A stretch of DNA of 64,000 nt, from positions 28,578 through 92,577 of the forward strand of contig JAPPBX010000117.1 of NCBI GenBank assembly GCA_026702755.1, written 5' to 3'. Origin of the DNA: Candidatus Poribacteria bacterium (GTDB lineage Bacteria > Poribacteria > WGA-4E > WGA-3G). The notes below the pieces were generated by a model. That model searched no databases and was not told the DNA's origin. It was given only the letters and a program-made list of their open reading frames with translations. The position numbers were made by a program, and so were the translations under genes. Positions 9,031 to 17,687 of the stretch are shown here, in pieces; position 1 is the first letter of the stretch, and every line of letters starts with the position of its first letter.

Positions 9031-9058
9031 TCTGGGCAGTTCCGAAAACCTGCCCAGA
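9031..9058. terminator. Hairpin terminator between convergent genes
   Basis: tctgggcag-N10-ctgcccaga. An A7 run lies on its plus-strand 5' side, which gives a U-tract for the minus-strand gene 9102-11270. Confidence 0.55.
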
Positions 9059-9101
9059 TGGTTATAGATATTGTGGTCTGGTGACCGATCCTACTTTGGG
9101 A

Positions 9102-11270
9102 TTATTCTTCTTCCACGGGTTCGACAGGTAACTCAGGTAATTCTGGAATCATCCCATCACCTATATCCATATCTTCACCTTTTATCGTGACTGTTATATC
9201 TTTATAACCCGTCACGATGAATCCATCAATGATGAGTTTAGCTTCGACAGTCGGCGGTGGTCCAATATCCTCTGGGAATGGTAATCCATCAAGCGGTGGA
9301 AAACCTTCGGGGAGTTGTAAATCTGATGGTATTTCACCATCACCGTTCCCGCCGTCCTCACCATCTTCAGGCATCTCGCCGTCTTCTGGCATTTCACCAT
9401 CACCGTTTCCGTTATCCCCTTCTTCGCCATCTTCTGGCATTTCACCGTCTATTGGTGGCAAGAAATCTTCAGGAAACGGGATATCTCCCGGTAGTAGATC
9501 TGTTGGTAATCCTGGGAAGTCTCCACCAAAGGACGGTATCAGGGTTACCGTGATTAAACCTGGATCCACCTGAGCTTCCAGCATCTGTTTAATCAGTTCG
9601 TCCAGATTTTTGGGTGTGGGTTGTTCCTCTTCGGCACCAAATCCACCAACTCCGAAATCGGGAACGACTGCGAAATCGGGAACGCCATCAATTGGCGGTC
9701 CAAACCCCTCGAACCCAAAAAAGCCAAATGAACTGCCAGAAACATTAATGTTTGCCTCACCGGTGGGAAAGTCTTCAGGAATTTCGAGCGTAATATCTCT
9801 CTGGATTGTCCGTTCATCCCCAGCGGCACTCCAGTGGGGAAGCAGCACGATTGAGACCGTCGCACTTTCACCCGGTGTAATCTCTTCAGGCGCGATAACC
9901 TCTGTGATCTCTGCTGTGGTGATTTGTGGTTTGTCCGTGACGGAGATTGATACCGCTTTCAGTGTCGCTTTACCAGTACTGTTTGTAAGTGTATCGCTGA
10001 AAAACTGGACAATCTGACCTGTGTTTACCAACACATCTTCAGATGGAGAGGCGGAAGCACTCCGAAACGATTCAGTATAAACGGTATCGGTTTCTTGAAA
10101 CTCGAGCGTAACAGTTGTATCAACAGTAGCATTGCTGAGTTCCATCCGAAGTGCCGCTACAGTAGCCGAGGCAACAAGAGGAATATACGATTCTTGTCCG
10201 TACGCCACACGATGATGTTTCTCTATCGCTGTTGAACTATTCGCCGGATGGTAGGAGACCTTGACAGGAATCATTGGTGGCGGTGCACCAAATTCACCGA
10301 CGATCGCTGGTGTAAGGTCTTTCGTTATCGTTCCGATTGGATTCCCGTAAATGGAAGCAGATTTATAGGATGCCAGTAAATTTGGAACAATGCCATTGGT
10401 GACGGCTCTATATACTGGCAATGCGGACTTTCCGGTGCCGTACATCGGATGCCCGAATGCCACAAATTTATCGTCGTAAACTTGGGTCACAGTTCCAAAG
10501 CCTATTGCGTTCACAATGTCCCCCGTCGCTATGGCAACCCCAATCATATCGCCTGCTGATAGTTTCGGCGAGGTCCCCGCTGGAGGTGCCGCGGGTGCGC
10601 CACCAATATGGGCAAACAATTCAACGAAGTTGCGTTGTGCATCAGGGAGCTGTGTAGAAAATTCCTGAATCTTATGTGGTTGTATTCCGGTGATCATTAT
10701 AGGCGTTTTAACTGGCGCGTAGGTAGCATTAATTCCTGCAGCTGGCGCGGCAGGTGCAGCCTCTTGCTCGAGAAATTCACCGAGCGGCTGGTGATCAATC
10801 GAAGCTTCCATTGCATCAATTGATGTTACCCAGAACCGAGTAGGTGCTGTTGCGAAGAGGTCACCAAGGGCAAGCGCGCCCATGATACGCCCCGGCGGAC
10901 CGACTGGACTTCCCGACATTCCTTGGGCAATGCCACCCATAGCCTCAGCCGATTCATCCATCAGTTCGCATTCATAAAGTGGAAATCCGAAGCCGAAATC
11001 TCGAACGCCACGAAACCGAGCCTGAAGTACAACTCTGCTCGTGCCTTCAAGCACTGTAACGATTTGAACGGGCGTTTTATCCACCAGTTTCCGGGCTTCG
11101 TCCTCATACATATTTTCAAGGACGACATCCCCTAAGAGTGGGGCGTTCAATCCAGTTATTGTATCGCTTATCAAAGGATTTTCGGTTTGCATCTGCTCTT
11201 CGTCGGGAGAACAGCTCAATTGACAAAAAATCACAATAGCGATGCTTGTCATCATAAAGAATTTTTTCAC
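9102..11270 (-). CDS. Lipoprotein with SpoIVB/S55-like serine-peptidase motifs and an acidic Gly/Pro/Glu/Asp-rich repeat tail
   Basis: Lipobox MKKFFMMTSIAIVIFCQLSC. GMSGSPV (a GxSGxP-type serine motif) and FVAFGHP. C-terminal repeats GEMPEDGEEGDNGNGDGEMPEDGEMPEDGEDGGNGDGE. The family assignment is tentative. Confidence 0.5.
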   Translation of the reverse strand: MKKFFMMTSIAIVIFCQLSCSPDEEQMQTENPLISDTITGLNAPLLGDVVLENMYEDEARKLVDKTPVQIVTVLEGTSRVVLQARFRGVRDFGFGFPLYECELMDESAEAMGGIAQGMSGSPVGPPGRIMGALALGDLFATAPTRFWVTSIDAMEASIDHQPLGEFLEQEAAPAAPAAGINATYAPVKTPIMITGIQPHKIQEFSTQLPDAQRNFVELFAHIGGAPAAPPAGTSPKLSAGDMIGVAIATGDIVNAIGFGTVTQVYDDKFVAFGHPMYGTGKSALPVYRAVTNGIVPNLLASYKSASIYGNPIGTITKDLTPAIVGEFGAPPPMIPVKVSYHPANSSTAIEKHHRVAYGQESYIPLVASATVAALRMELSNATVDTTVTLEFQETDTVYTESFRSASASPSEDVLVNTGQIVQFFSDTLTNSTGKATLKAVSISVTDKPQITTAEITEVIAPEEITPGESATVSIVLLPHWSAAGDERTIQRDITLEIPEDFPTGEANINVSGSSFGFFGFEGFGPPIDGVPDFAVVPDFGVGGFGAEEEQPTPKNLDELIKQMLEAQVDPGLITVTLIPSFGGDFPGLPTDLLPGDIPFPEDFLPPIDGEMPEDGEEGDNGNGDGEMPEDGEMPEDGEDGGNGDGEIPSDLQLPEGFPPLDGLPFPEDIGPPPTVEAKLIIDGFIVTGYKDITVTIKGEDMDIGDGMIPELPELPVEPVEEE

Positions 11271-11644
11271 TTTTACTCCTTGATAAAAATGCTTGACCCC
11301 TTAGGTCAGCTCTTGTAAGTTAGGCAAAATCTTTCGATCATGCGTCCATTCGTTGGATTAGTATATTCCAACGCAAATTCTCTTTGAAAAAGATTCGGAT
11401 TACCTATTTGCAAGTGAGATTTGTAACCTCACTATCGGAAGTGGGCTTAATCCTAAAATCAACTATAACAACGTTAATTTGGGGACAGAAGATTACACGA
11501 GGTTGTGAATTATTAACACAAGGGCGAGGATACAATCCTCGCCAGCGTTGGTGGAGAGTTTGTTCCCTGACGAACTGTAAACATATTTTCGGATTCTACT
11601 ATAAGACTCTCAAACTATTTGTGAGACGCGCTGTACATAAAAAT

Positions 11645-11666
11645 GGCGCGGTTGGGAAACCGCGCC
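11645..11666 (-). terminator. Terminator hairpin, palindrome family D (GGCGCGGTT..AACCGCGCC)
   Basis: ggcgcggtt-ggga-aaccgcgcc lies 31 nt downstream of the minus-strand SDR stop. A T-run follows on the minus strand (atttttat). Confidence 0.6.
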
Positions 11667-11696
11667 TACATTTTGGAATTTAGAGAAGCCTGGGAA

Positions 11697-12461
11697 TTAC
11701 CAAGCGACCCAGCCACCATCGACTGCGATTGTTTGTCCAGTCACCCAGTTCGCTGCATCTGACGCTAAGAATAGCACTGCACCGACAACTTCGTCCACCT
11801 CGCCGACACGTCCCATCGGGATACGGCGGACGACATCCTCGTAAAATTCTTTACGCTGCAAAAGCACATCCGCGAGCGGGGTTCGAGTAAACGCTGGTGC
11901 GACAGCATTCACCGTTACGTTGTGGGGTGCCCATTCAACGGCGAGTCCTTTGGTTAAAAGCACGACACCGCCTTTGCTCCCCGAGTAGGCAGTACGTAAT
12001 GGACCGCCGACCAATCCCATCGTTGAGGAGATGTTGATAATCTTCCCGTTCTCACGTTCTATCATCGGTTTGACGAGCGTCTGTGTCAGAAAGAACAGAC
12101 CCTTGAGATTGAGGTCATAGATAGCATCCCAATCCTCTTCGGTTAACTCAAGTGCGGGTTTCGGGCGGTTGGTGCCGGCGTTATTGACGAGGACATCCAC
12201 TCTACCCCAGACATCAATCGCTTCTTGTGCGCCTTTAGCGACCTGTGCAATATCGCTAACATCGAATACAACTGATTCCGCTTCACCACCGTCGGCGCGG
12301 ATCTCACCCGCGACCTCTTCAAGGTCAGACGGTGTACGGCTATTCAAAATAACCTTTGCCCCCATCTGCGCGGCGGCGAGTGCGATACCCCTGCCGATGC
12401 CTTTGCCCGAACCCGTGATTAACATCACTTTATCTTTTAACTCAAATCCTGGAAACGCCAT
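11697..12461 (-). CDS. SDR family oxidoreductase (classical short-chain dehydrogenase)
   Basis: TGSGKGIGRGIA glycine motif, NNAG, and the YSGSK catalytic Y-x3-K. Confidence 0.85.
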   Translation of the reverse strand: MAFPGFELKDKVMLITGSGKGIGRGIALAAAQMGAKVILNSRTPSDLEEVAGEIRADGGEAESVVFDVSDIAQVAKGAQEAIDVWGRVDVLVNNAGTNRPKPALELTEEDWDAIYDLNLKGLFFLTQTLVKPMIERENGKIINISSTMGLVGGPLRTAYSGSKGGVVLLTKGLAVEWAPHNVTVNAVAPAFTRTPLADVLLQRKEFYEDVVRRIPMGRVGEVDEVVGAVLFLASDAANWVTGQTIAVDGGWVAW

Positions 12462-12464
12462 ATT

Positions 12465-13298
12465 TTAGCCTCCAATTGCTAATTTTAAAGTATTTTCTAA
12501 TAACATCGCGCGCGTCATGGGACCGACGCCACCCGGTACCGGTGTGATAAATCCAGCGACCTCTTTAACTTCCTCAAATTTGACATCCCCGACTGCCCGT
12601 CCGTCAACATGGTTAATACCGACATCAATGACGACGGCACCGGGTTTTACCATATCTGCCCTGATGAATTCGGATCTACCTACGGCAGCGATGAGAATAT
12701 CCGCTTGTTGTGTTTGCGCTGGCAAATCGGCTGTTCGGGAATGGCAGTAGGTGACGGTGGCATTCCGATTCAGCAACATCAACCCGACAGACTTACCGAC
12801 GAGTGGGCTTCTACCAATACAGACGGCATGTTTGCCTTCGATCTTTTCGCCTGTCAATTCAATCAAACGGATAATTCCGGTTGGTGTACAAGGTGTCACA
12901 TGCTCGCGATTGATGAGCAGATTCCCTAAATTGACAGGGTTTAACCCGTCCGCATCTTTATGCGGGGCGATCATGTCAATAACCGCCTCTTTATCTATGT
13001 CCTCCGGTAGTGGCATTTGCACAAGGATTCCATGGATGTCCGTTCGCTCGTTGAGAGTTTCAACGTGTTCAATGAGACTCTTTTGGCTAATAGTTGCTGG
13101 TAGACGATGGACTTCGGAATGGAAATGTACCTTCTCACAATCACGTTGTTTATGTTTGATATAGAGCGTTGACGCGGGGTCATCGCCGACTTGGACAACA
13201 GCGAGCCCTGGGGTAAACGTCAGTTTTTTTAACTTTTTCCGAATTTGGGTCCGGGTGCGCTGTGCAAGACGACTACCATTAAGGAGTTCGGCTGACAA
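12465..13298 (-). CDS. folD: Bifunctional methylenetetrahydrofolate dehydrogenase / methenyl-THF cyclohydrolase
   Basis: LLNGSRLA...PGLAVVQVGDDPAS..Y...K...C......H.....LP, GILVQMPLP, DADGLNPVNLG, GRSPLVGKSVGLMLL, PGGVGPMTRAML. Apparent TTG start. 3-nt gap to the downstream SDR gene (operon). Confidence 0.9.
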   Translation of the reverse strand: MSAELLNGSRLAQRTRTQIRKKLKKLTFTPGLAVVQVGDDPASTLYIKHKQRDCEKVHFHSEVHRLPATISQKSLIEHVETLNERTDIHGILVQMPLPEDIDKEAVIDMIAPHKDADGLNPVNLGNLLINREHVTPCTPTGIIRLIELTGEKIEGKHAVCIGRSPLVGKSVGLMLLNRNATVTYCHSRTADLPAQTQQADILIAAVGRSEFIRADMVKPGAVVIDVGINHVDGRAVGDVKFEEVKEVAGFITPVPGGVGPMTRAMLLENTLKLAIGG

Positions 13299-13448
13299 AT
13301 CCCTTTTCCTCCAATTTATGCTTCTCTTGAATCAATGTATTATCGCAAAATTATTTGATTCCCCAGTAGAAGAGGTGCCGAGTTATGACACTTCTAAAGC
13401 AAAAGAGAGCCGCCTATAGAAGTTGGTGACTCTCTGACGCTAAAAGCC

Positions 13449-13910
13449 CTATTCAGTACCGTTTTGTGGCACGCCGGGAGGCGGTTCAGTGAAGGTCTCG
13501 CCGCGCTCCTCCGCCTCTGTTCGACGGGCATGCCAAGCCACGATCTCTTGATAAACCTCGGCTTTGCCTTCCGCTTTGCCTTCCGCTTTGCCTTCCGCTT
13601 TGGCTGCCTGAATTCGTTTTTCTTGTCTCGCTAAATACCAATCTGACAATAACATGAGGAAATCTATGCCTCCCACTATCATTCCAACAAATGCTCCCCC
13701 AACGGGGATAAAGTCCGAAGTATCCTTCAGTACATTTTGAATGGATTCGTGCCCTTTCCAACCTCTTGTTAGTTCATAATCTAAAGCGATGTAACCATAG
13801 ATGATAACAAAGAAAGAAATCAGAAATAGGGCAACCCCCGCTTTCCCTGTCCGCCAAAAGTCTCTTACGGCTCTCCAGAATACTCCTGATTTTTTCAAAA
13901 TGTCCTCCAT
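13449..13910 (-). CDS. Membrane protein with KAEG tandem repeat
   Basis: I prefer the start at ATG 13910 (MEDILKK...). The track start 14114 would overlap the plus-strand promoter at 14077-14105. Two TM segments, then AKAEGKAEGKAEGKAE encoded by a 12-bp tandem repeat (about 13560-13605). Confidence 0.5.
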   Translation of the reverse strand: MEDILKKSGVFWRAVRDFWRTGKAGVALFLISFFVIIYGYIALDYELTRGWKGHESIQNVLKDTSDFIPVGGAFVGMIVGGIDFLMLLSDWYLARQEKRIQAAKAEGKAEGKAEGKAEVYQEIVAWHARRTEAEERGETFTEPPPGVPQNGTE

Positions 13911-14076
13911 TAAATTAAAAATATAATAGCATATCCGATATAGATTGTCAACGAAAAAATCTGTCGGTTCTATCGGAGAAATCGCGAGCCGGCACTTCAC
14001 TCCTACAGGTGTCTGTCGGGGTTTGGAAATCTCGCCTGCTACAAAACTGAGAGTCCTATTCTTTTTACGCAAATTG

Positions 14077-14105
14077 TTGACCTTTTCTAACAGATACTGT
14101 ATGAT
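14077..14105 (+). promoter_or_regulatory. Sigma70-like promoter
   Basis: TTGACC (14077-14082), 17-nt spacer, TATGAT (14100-14105). Confidence 0.6.
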
Positions 14106-14130
14106 GTGCAACAAAAGGTAGGTGAGAAAA

Positions 14131-15303
14131 ATGATTCATGTAGGTGTAGGACATTCGCAAAGTCTCTCCACTGTGGAAGCAGCGGATCGCGCGACGCTTA
14201 TGGCAATGGGGAACGCCGGGATTGCTAAAGCCGACCTTGCCATTGTGTTTGCTACCATTAACTATCAGACAGAATATGAAGAATTATACCAAGCGGTTCA
14301 TGCCGCCTCCGGTTGTGATGAGCTCATCGGGTGTAGTGGAATGACTGTCCTCACTTCAGCAGGGGAGTTTGAAGAGGAACCTGCACTCGCTGTAATGGTC
14401 CTCCGTAGTGAGCAACTTTCCGCTGTGTCATTTAGTGCACAAGGGACAGCGTCCGAGATTGGGGAACAGATACACGGACGCATTCAGTCGGGACTTGAAG
14501 ATGACTCGCTCTTGATAATTTTCCCAGATGTTCGTGCTGTGAATCCAGCGGAACTTGTGGAGTGTATCGGTAGTGATGGGACTACCTTGCCTATTGTAGG
14601 TGCTGCTGTTTCCGGTGATGCGACGGGCGCGCAAATGTACCATTGGAAAGGTGATCAGGCAACAGCGGGCGGTGCTACAGGTGCTCTCTTGACTGGGGAT
14701 TTCAGTGCCGAGATCGGTGTTGCCCAAGGATGTCAACCTATCGGTGAGCCGCGTGAGGTCACGAAGGCGGATGGGCGCGTTATCTTTGAGTTGGCGGATG
14801 AACCCGCATTAGAAAATTTCAAGGGAACACTACAAGTGCTAACACAGGACGATATTCGGCGGTCGGGTGGCACAGTTTTCGTCGGAATCGCAATGGATCC
14901 TGAGAACAAAAATCCGGCCCGCGGTGATTTTCTGATTCGCAATCTTGTGGGTATTAATGAGGAACACGCCGCCCTCGCCATATCCGAGGAAGTGACAGAG
15001 GGGCAACTGGTGCAATTCCATCTGCGGAATCCGCTCGCCGCAGCAGAGGAAATCCAAGCAATTATAACGCAGTTGGCTGAAAAAACACGTTCGCAGTCCC
15101 CTGCGTTTGGGCTTTATTTTAACTGCTTAGGTCGTGGCAAAGGATTGTATGGCGCGGCAAATCACGACATCGGCATTATCCAAGAGAAGTTTCCGGGACT
15201 CCCTGTTATCGGATTCTTCGGCAATTCAGAATTTGCACCAATTGGCGGACACAACTTCGCCCATGCCTATACGGGTGTATTTGTGCTTTGCTCCGCAAAC
15301 TGA
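14131..15303 (+). CDS. FIST (FIST_N + FIST_C) sensory-domain protein
   Basis: MIHVGVGHSQSLSTVEAADRA...ADLAIVFATINY... and the C-terminal GLYFNCLGRG...GFFGNSEFAP pattern typical of FIST proteins. ATG 14131 is preferred over GTG 14122 because of the RBS and predicted TSS spacing. Confidence 0.7.
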   Translation: MIHVGVGHSQSLSTVEAADRATLMAMGNAGIAKADLAIVFATINYQTEYEELYQAVHAASGCDELIGCSGMTVLTSAGEFEEEPALAVMVLRSEQLSAVSFSAQGTASEIGEQIHGRIQSGLEDDSLLIIFPDVRAVNPAELVECIGSDGTTLPIVGAAVSGDATGAQMYHWKGDQATAGGATGALLTGDFSAEIGVAQGCQPIGEPREVTKADGRVIFELADEPALENFKGTLQVLTQDDIRRSGGTVFVGIAMDPENKNPARGDFLIRNLVGINEEHAALAISEEVTEGQLVQFHLRNPLAAAEEIQAIITQLAEKTRSQSPAFGLYFNCLGRGKGLYGAANHDIGIIQEKFPGLPVIGFFGNSEFAPIGGHNFAHAYTGVFVLCSAN

Positions 15304-15319
15304 ATTTGAGGGACCAAAA

Positions 15320-16156
15320 ATGAATGAAGAACTTTTTGTGAGTCGAGAATTTACACCCGTCGACGGGTTTACGTCCGGAATTGAGGGACCCGCCTGTGAC
15401 GCAGCGGGCAATCTATACGCTGTGAACTACGAGAGACAGCACACGATTGGTAAGGTGACACCAGATGGCACCGCAAGCGTTTTCATCGAATTGCCAACCG
15501 GTAGTATCGGCAACGGTATCCGTTTCGACAGTGAAGGTTTTATGTACATTGCCGACTACACGAACCACAATGTCCTCAAAGTGGATATGGACACACGGAA
15601 CATCAGCGTTCATGCACACGAACCGACAATGAACCAACCTAATGACATCGCTATTGGTGCTAACGATATTCTCTATGCCAGCGACCCGAATTGGGCTGAG
15701 TCAACTGGGCAAATATGGCGGGTGGATACAGATGGAAAAGTAACGCTACTTGAAGCGGACATGGGCACGACAAACGGCATTGAGGTGAGTCCTGATGAAA
15801 AAGTGCTGTATGTCAACGAATCGGCGCAACGTAACGTCTGGGCTTATGACCTATCGGCTGGAGGGGAAATCAGTAACAAACGCCTCCTAATCCAGTTTCC
15901 TGATTTCAATATGGACGGGATGCGGTGTGATATTGAAGGCAATCTCTATATCGCCCGGCACGGTAAAGGCACGGTGGCAAAACTCTCCCCCGCAGGTGAG
16001 GTGTTATTGGAAGTGCAGTTAACGGGTAAGCTCTGCTCGAATATTGCCTTTGGGGGGCCAGATGGGTGTACCTGCTACGTCACGATGGCAGACCGTGGGA
16101 ATGTAGAGGTGTTTCGCGCTGACCTCCCCGGTAGAAGTTGGCAGCTGTTCCAATAA
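15320..16156 (+). CDS. SMP-30/gluconolactonase/LRE family beta-propeller hydrolase
   Basis: Start at ATG 15320. The track start 15134 overlaps the FIST gene. Motifs EGPACDAAGNLY, GNGIRFD, PNDIA, TNGIEVSPD, DGMRCDIEGNLY, NIAFGGPD. Confidence 0.8.
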   Translation: MNEELFVSREFTPVDGFTSGIEGPACDAAGNLYAVNYERQHTIGKVTPDGTASVFIELPTGSIGNGIRFDSEGFMYIADYTNHNVLKVDMDTRNISVHAHEPTMNQPNDIAIGANDILYASDPNWAESTGQIWRVDTDGKVTLLEADMGTTNGIEVSPDEKVLYVNESAQRNVWAYDLSAGGEISNKRLLIQFPDFNMDGMRCDIEGNLYIARHGKGTVAKLSPAGEVLLEVQLTGKLCSNIAFGGPDGCTCYVTMADRGNVEVFRADLPGRSWQLFQ

Positions 16157-16185
16157 ACCAATTTTGTGCCAGAATCAAAACATAT

Positions 16186-16214
16186 TTGACAGGTACCACG
16201 ATTTGTGGTATTAT
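16186..16214 (+). promoter_or_regulatory. Sigma70-like promoter
   Basis: TTGACA (16186-16191), 17-nt spacer, TATTAT (16209-16214). Confidence 0.6.
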
Positions 16215-16247
16215 TATACGTATAACTATCTATTATGGAGGTAACAC

Positions 16248-17030
16248 GTGAAACAACTGTTTATTATTTTAATTCTCGCCTTTGCCTGCAGCACTTATGC
16301 CGCTGCTGATTTGTTAGAAGGGCTTGTCCTGTACATGCCGCTTGATGAAGGGAACGGTAAAAAGACCGAAGATTTCTCGGAAAACGGCTTTGAAGGTGAA
16401 CTCACCGGCGGTGCCAAGTGGGTTGATGGTAAATTTGGGAAAGCACTCGAATTTAGCGCATCCAGTGATTTTGTTGCAATTGAGGATGACGAAGCTTTTC
16501 ACATTGAAGATGAAATCACACAGGCCGCGTGGATTAATCTCAACCGACTGCCGAGCGCACACGCTATTGTTTTCGGCACCCGTATGGGTGGCGGTGGAAG
16601 ACACATCGGATTCGGGTACGGGATGAACCCCGGAAACGGTATCAAAGTCTGGACGAATGGTGCCGGTGGTGGATTCTTGGACATCAACGATAACAAAACA
16701 GGCTTGGATACCGGTAAATGGTATTACCTTTCCTATACCCACACATCGGACAACAAAGGCAAGGTAAAAATTTACGTGGATGGCAAGGTAACCCACGAAC
16801 AGGATTCTAATAATCCGGTAGCACCTGCAGGGGCTACGAGCCAAATTCAGATCGGCACATGGTCGGGTGAGGCATGGCCTGGTATGGTTGATGAGGTTCG
16901 TCTCTGGAACCGTGCGCTTTCTGACGACGAAATGGAACAGAGCATGGAGATGGGGGCTGACGAGTTCTTGGCTGTCAATCCGAAAGATAAACTCGCCACA
17001 TCCTGGGCCAAGATTAAGAAGCTTCGCTAA
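16248..17030 (+). CDS. Secreted LamG/concanavalin-A-like lectin domain protein
   Basis: GGAGG lies 6 nt before the GTG start. Signal peptide MKQLFIILILAFACSTYAA. The pattern LVLYMPLDEGNG...GKFGKALEF...VDEVRLWNRALSDDEM is typical of Laminin_G_3 domains. Confidence 0.75.
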   Translation: MKQLFIILILAFACSTYAAADLLEGLVLYMPLDEGNGKKTEDFSENGFEGELTGGAKWVDGKFGKALEFSASSDFVAIEDDEAFHIEDEITQAAWINLNRLPSAHAIVFGTRMGGGGRHIGFGYGMNPGNGIKVWTNGAGGGFLDINDNKTGLDTGKWYYLSYTHTSDNKGKVKIYVDGKVTHEQDSNNPVAPAGATSQIQIGTWSGEAWPGMVDEVRLWNRALSDDEMEQSMEMGADEFLAVNPKDKLATSWAKIKKLR

Positions 17031-17038
17031 CGGAAACG

Positions 17039-17070
17039 AGGCGGCAATTTTTGTCGCCTTTTTCTTTTTA
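17039..17070 (+). terminator. Rho-independent terminator
   Basis: aggcggca-attttt-gtcgcct followed by ttttcttttt. Confidence 0.65.
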
Positions 17071-17096
17071 TAAAAGAGCCAAGCACGCTGTCCCCT

Positions 17097-17648
17097 ATGA
17101 AAAATTACAAATCTGTTTTAAAACGCCTTGAAAAAACCGCGAAACAGTATACCAATATCGCGCCCGAGAACGGGCAATTTCTCTCTATTCTTATCCAATC
17201 TATTCAGGCGCGAAACGTCCTTGAAGTTGGGACGAGTAACGGATATTCGACAATCTGGATTGCCGCTGCTCTGAAAGAGACCGGCGGTAGACTCATCACG
17301 CTTGAGTTTGACCCGGGACGAGCGAAAGAAGCACAGGCGCATCTTCAGGAAGTCGGGCTGGACAGCATCGTTGAGATACGCGTTGGAAACGCACTTGACG
17401 AAATCCCGAAGTGCAACGTAACCTTCGATCTCGTGTTCCTTGACGCTGAGAAAAACGAGTACCGACGCTATCTTGAATTAGCGTTGCCGAATATCCGTAC
17501 GGGTGGTCTCATCGTCGCAGATGACACCGTAACGATGCGCGATGAAATGCCGGATTATATCGAATACGTCTTTAACACGCCAATATTAAGCTCAGTTGAT
17601 ATTCCCTTGGACGACGGTATTATTGTGAGTTACAAAACCGGAGATTAA
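17097..17648 (+). CDS. Class I SAM-dependent O-methyltransferase (family 3, caffeoyl-CoA OMT-like)
   Basis: VLEVGTSNGYSTIWIAAAL, ITLEFDP, FDLVFLDAEKNEY, GGLIVADD. Confidence 0.85.
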   Translation: MKNYKSVLKRLEKTAKQYTNIAPENGQFLSILIQSIQARNVLEVGTSNGYSTIWIAAALKETGGRLITLEFDPGRAKEAQAHLQEVGLDSIVEIRVGNALDEIPKCNVTFDLVFLDAEKNEYRRYLELALPNIRTGGLIVADDTVTMRDEMPDYIEYVFNTPILSSVDIPLDDGIIVSYKTGD

Positions 17649-17687
17649 GATATAGTCATACATTAAGATACCAAGAGGGCATCCAAA

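Noticed and set aside
11384-11683. 99-aa ORF in the 11270-11697 intergenic region
   Set aside because: It spans a family C repeat core and the SDR terminator hairpin. It has no RBS and a low-complexity, unconvincing sequence.
13560-13605. 12-bp tandem repeat encoding (KAEG)n in the membrane protein 13449-13910
   Set aside because: This is a simple in-frame coding microsatellite. It is noted in the feature entry but not pursued as a finding.
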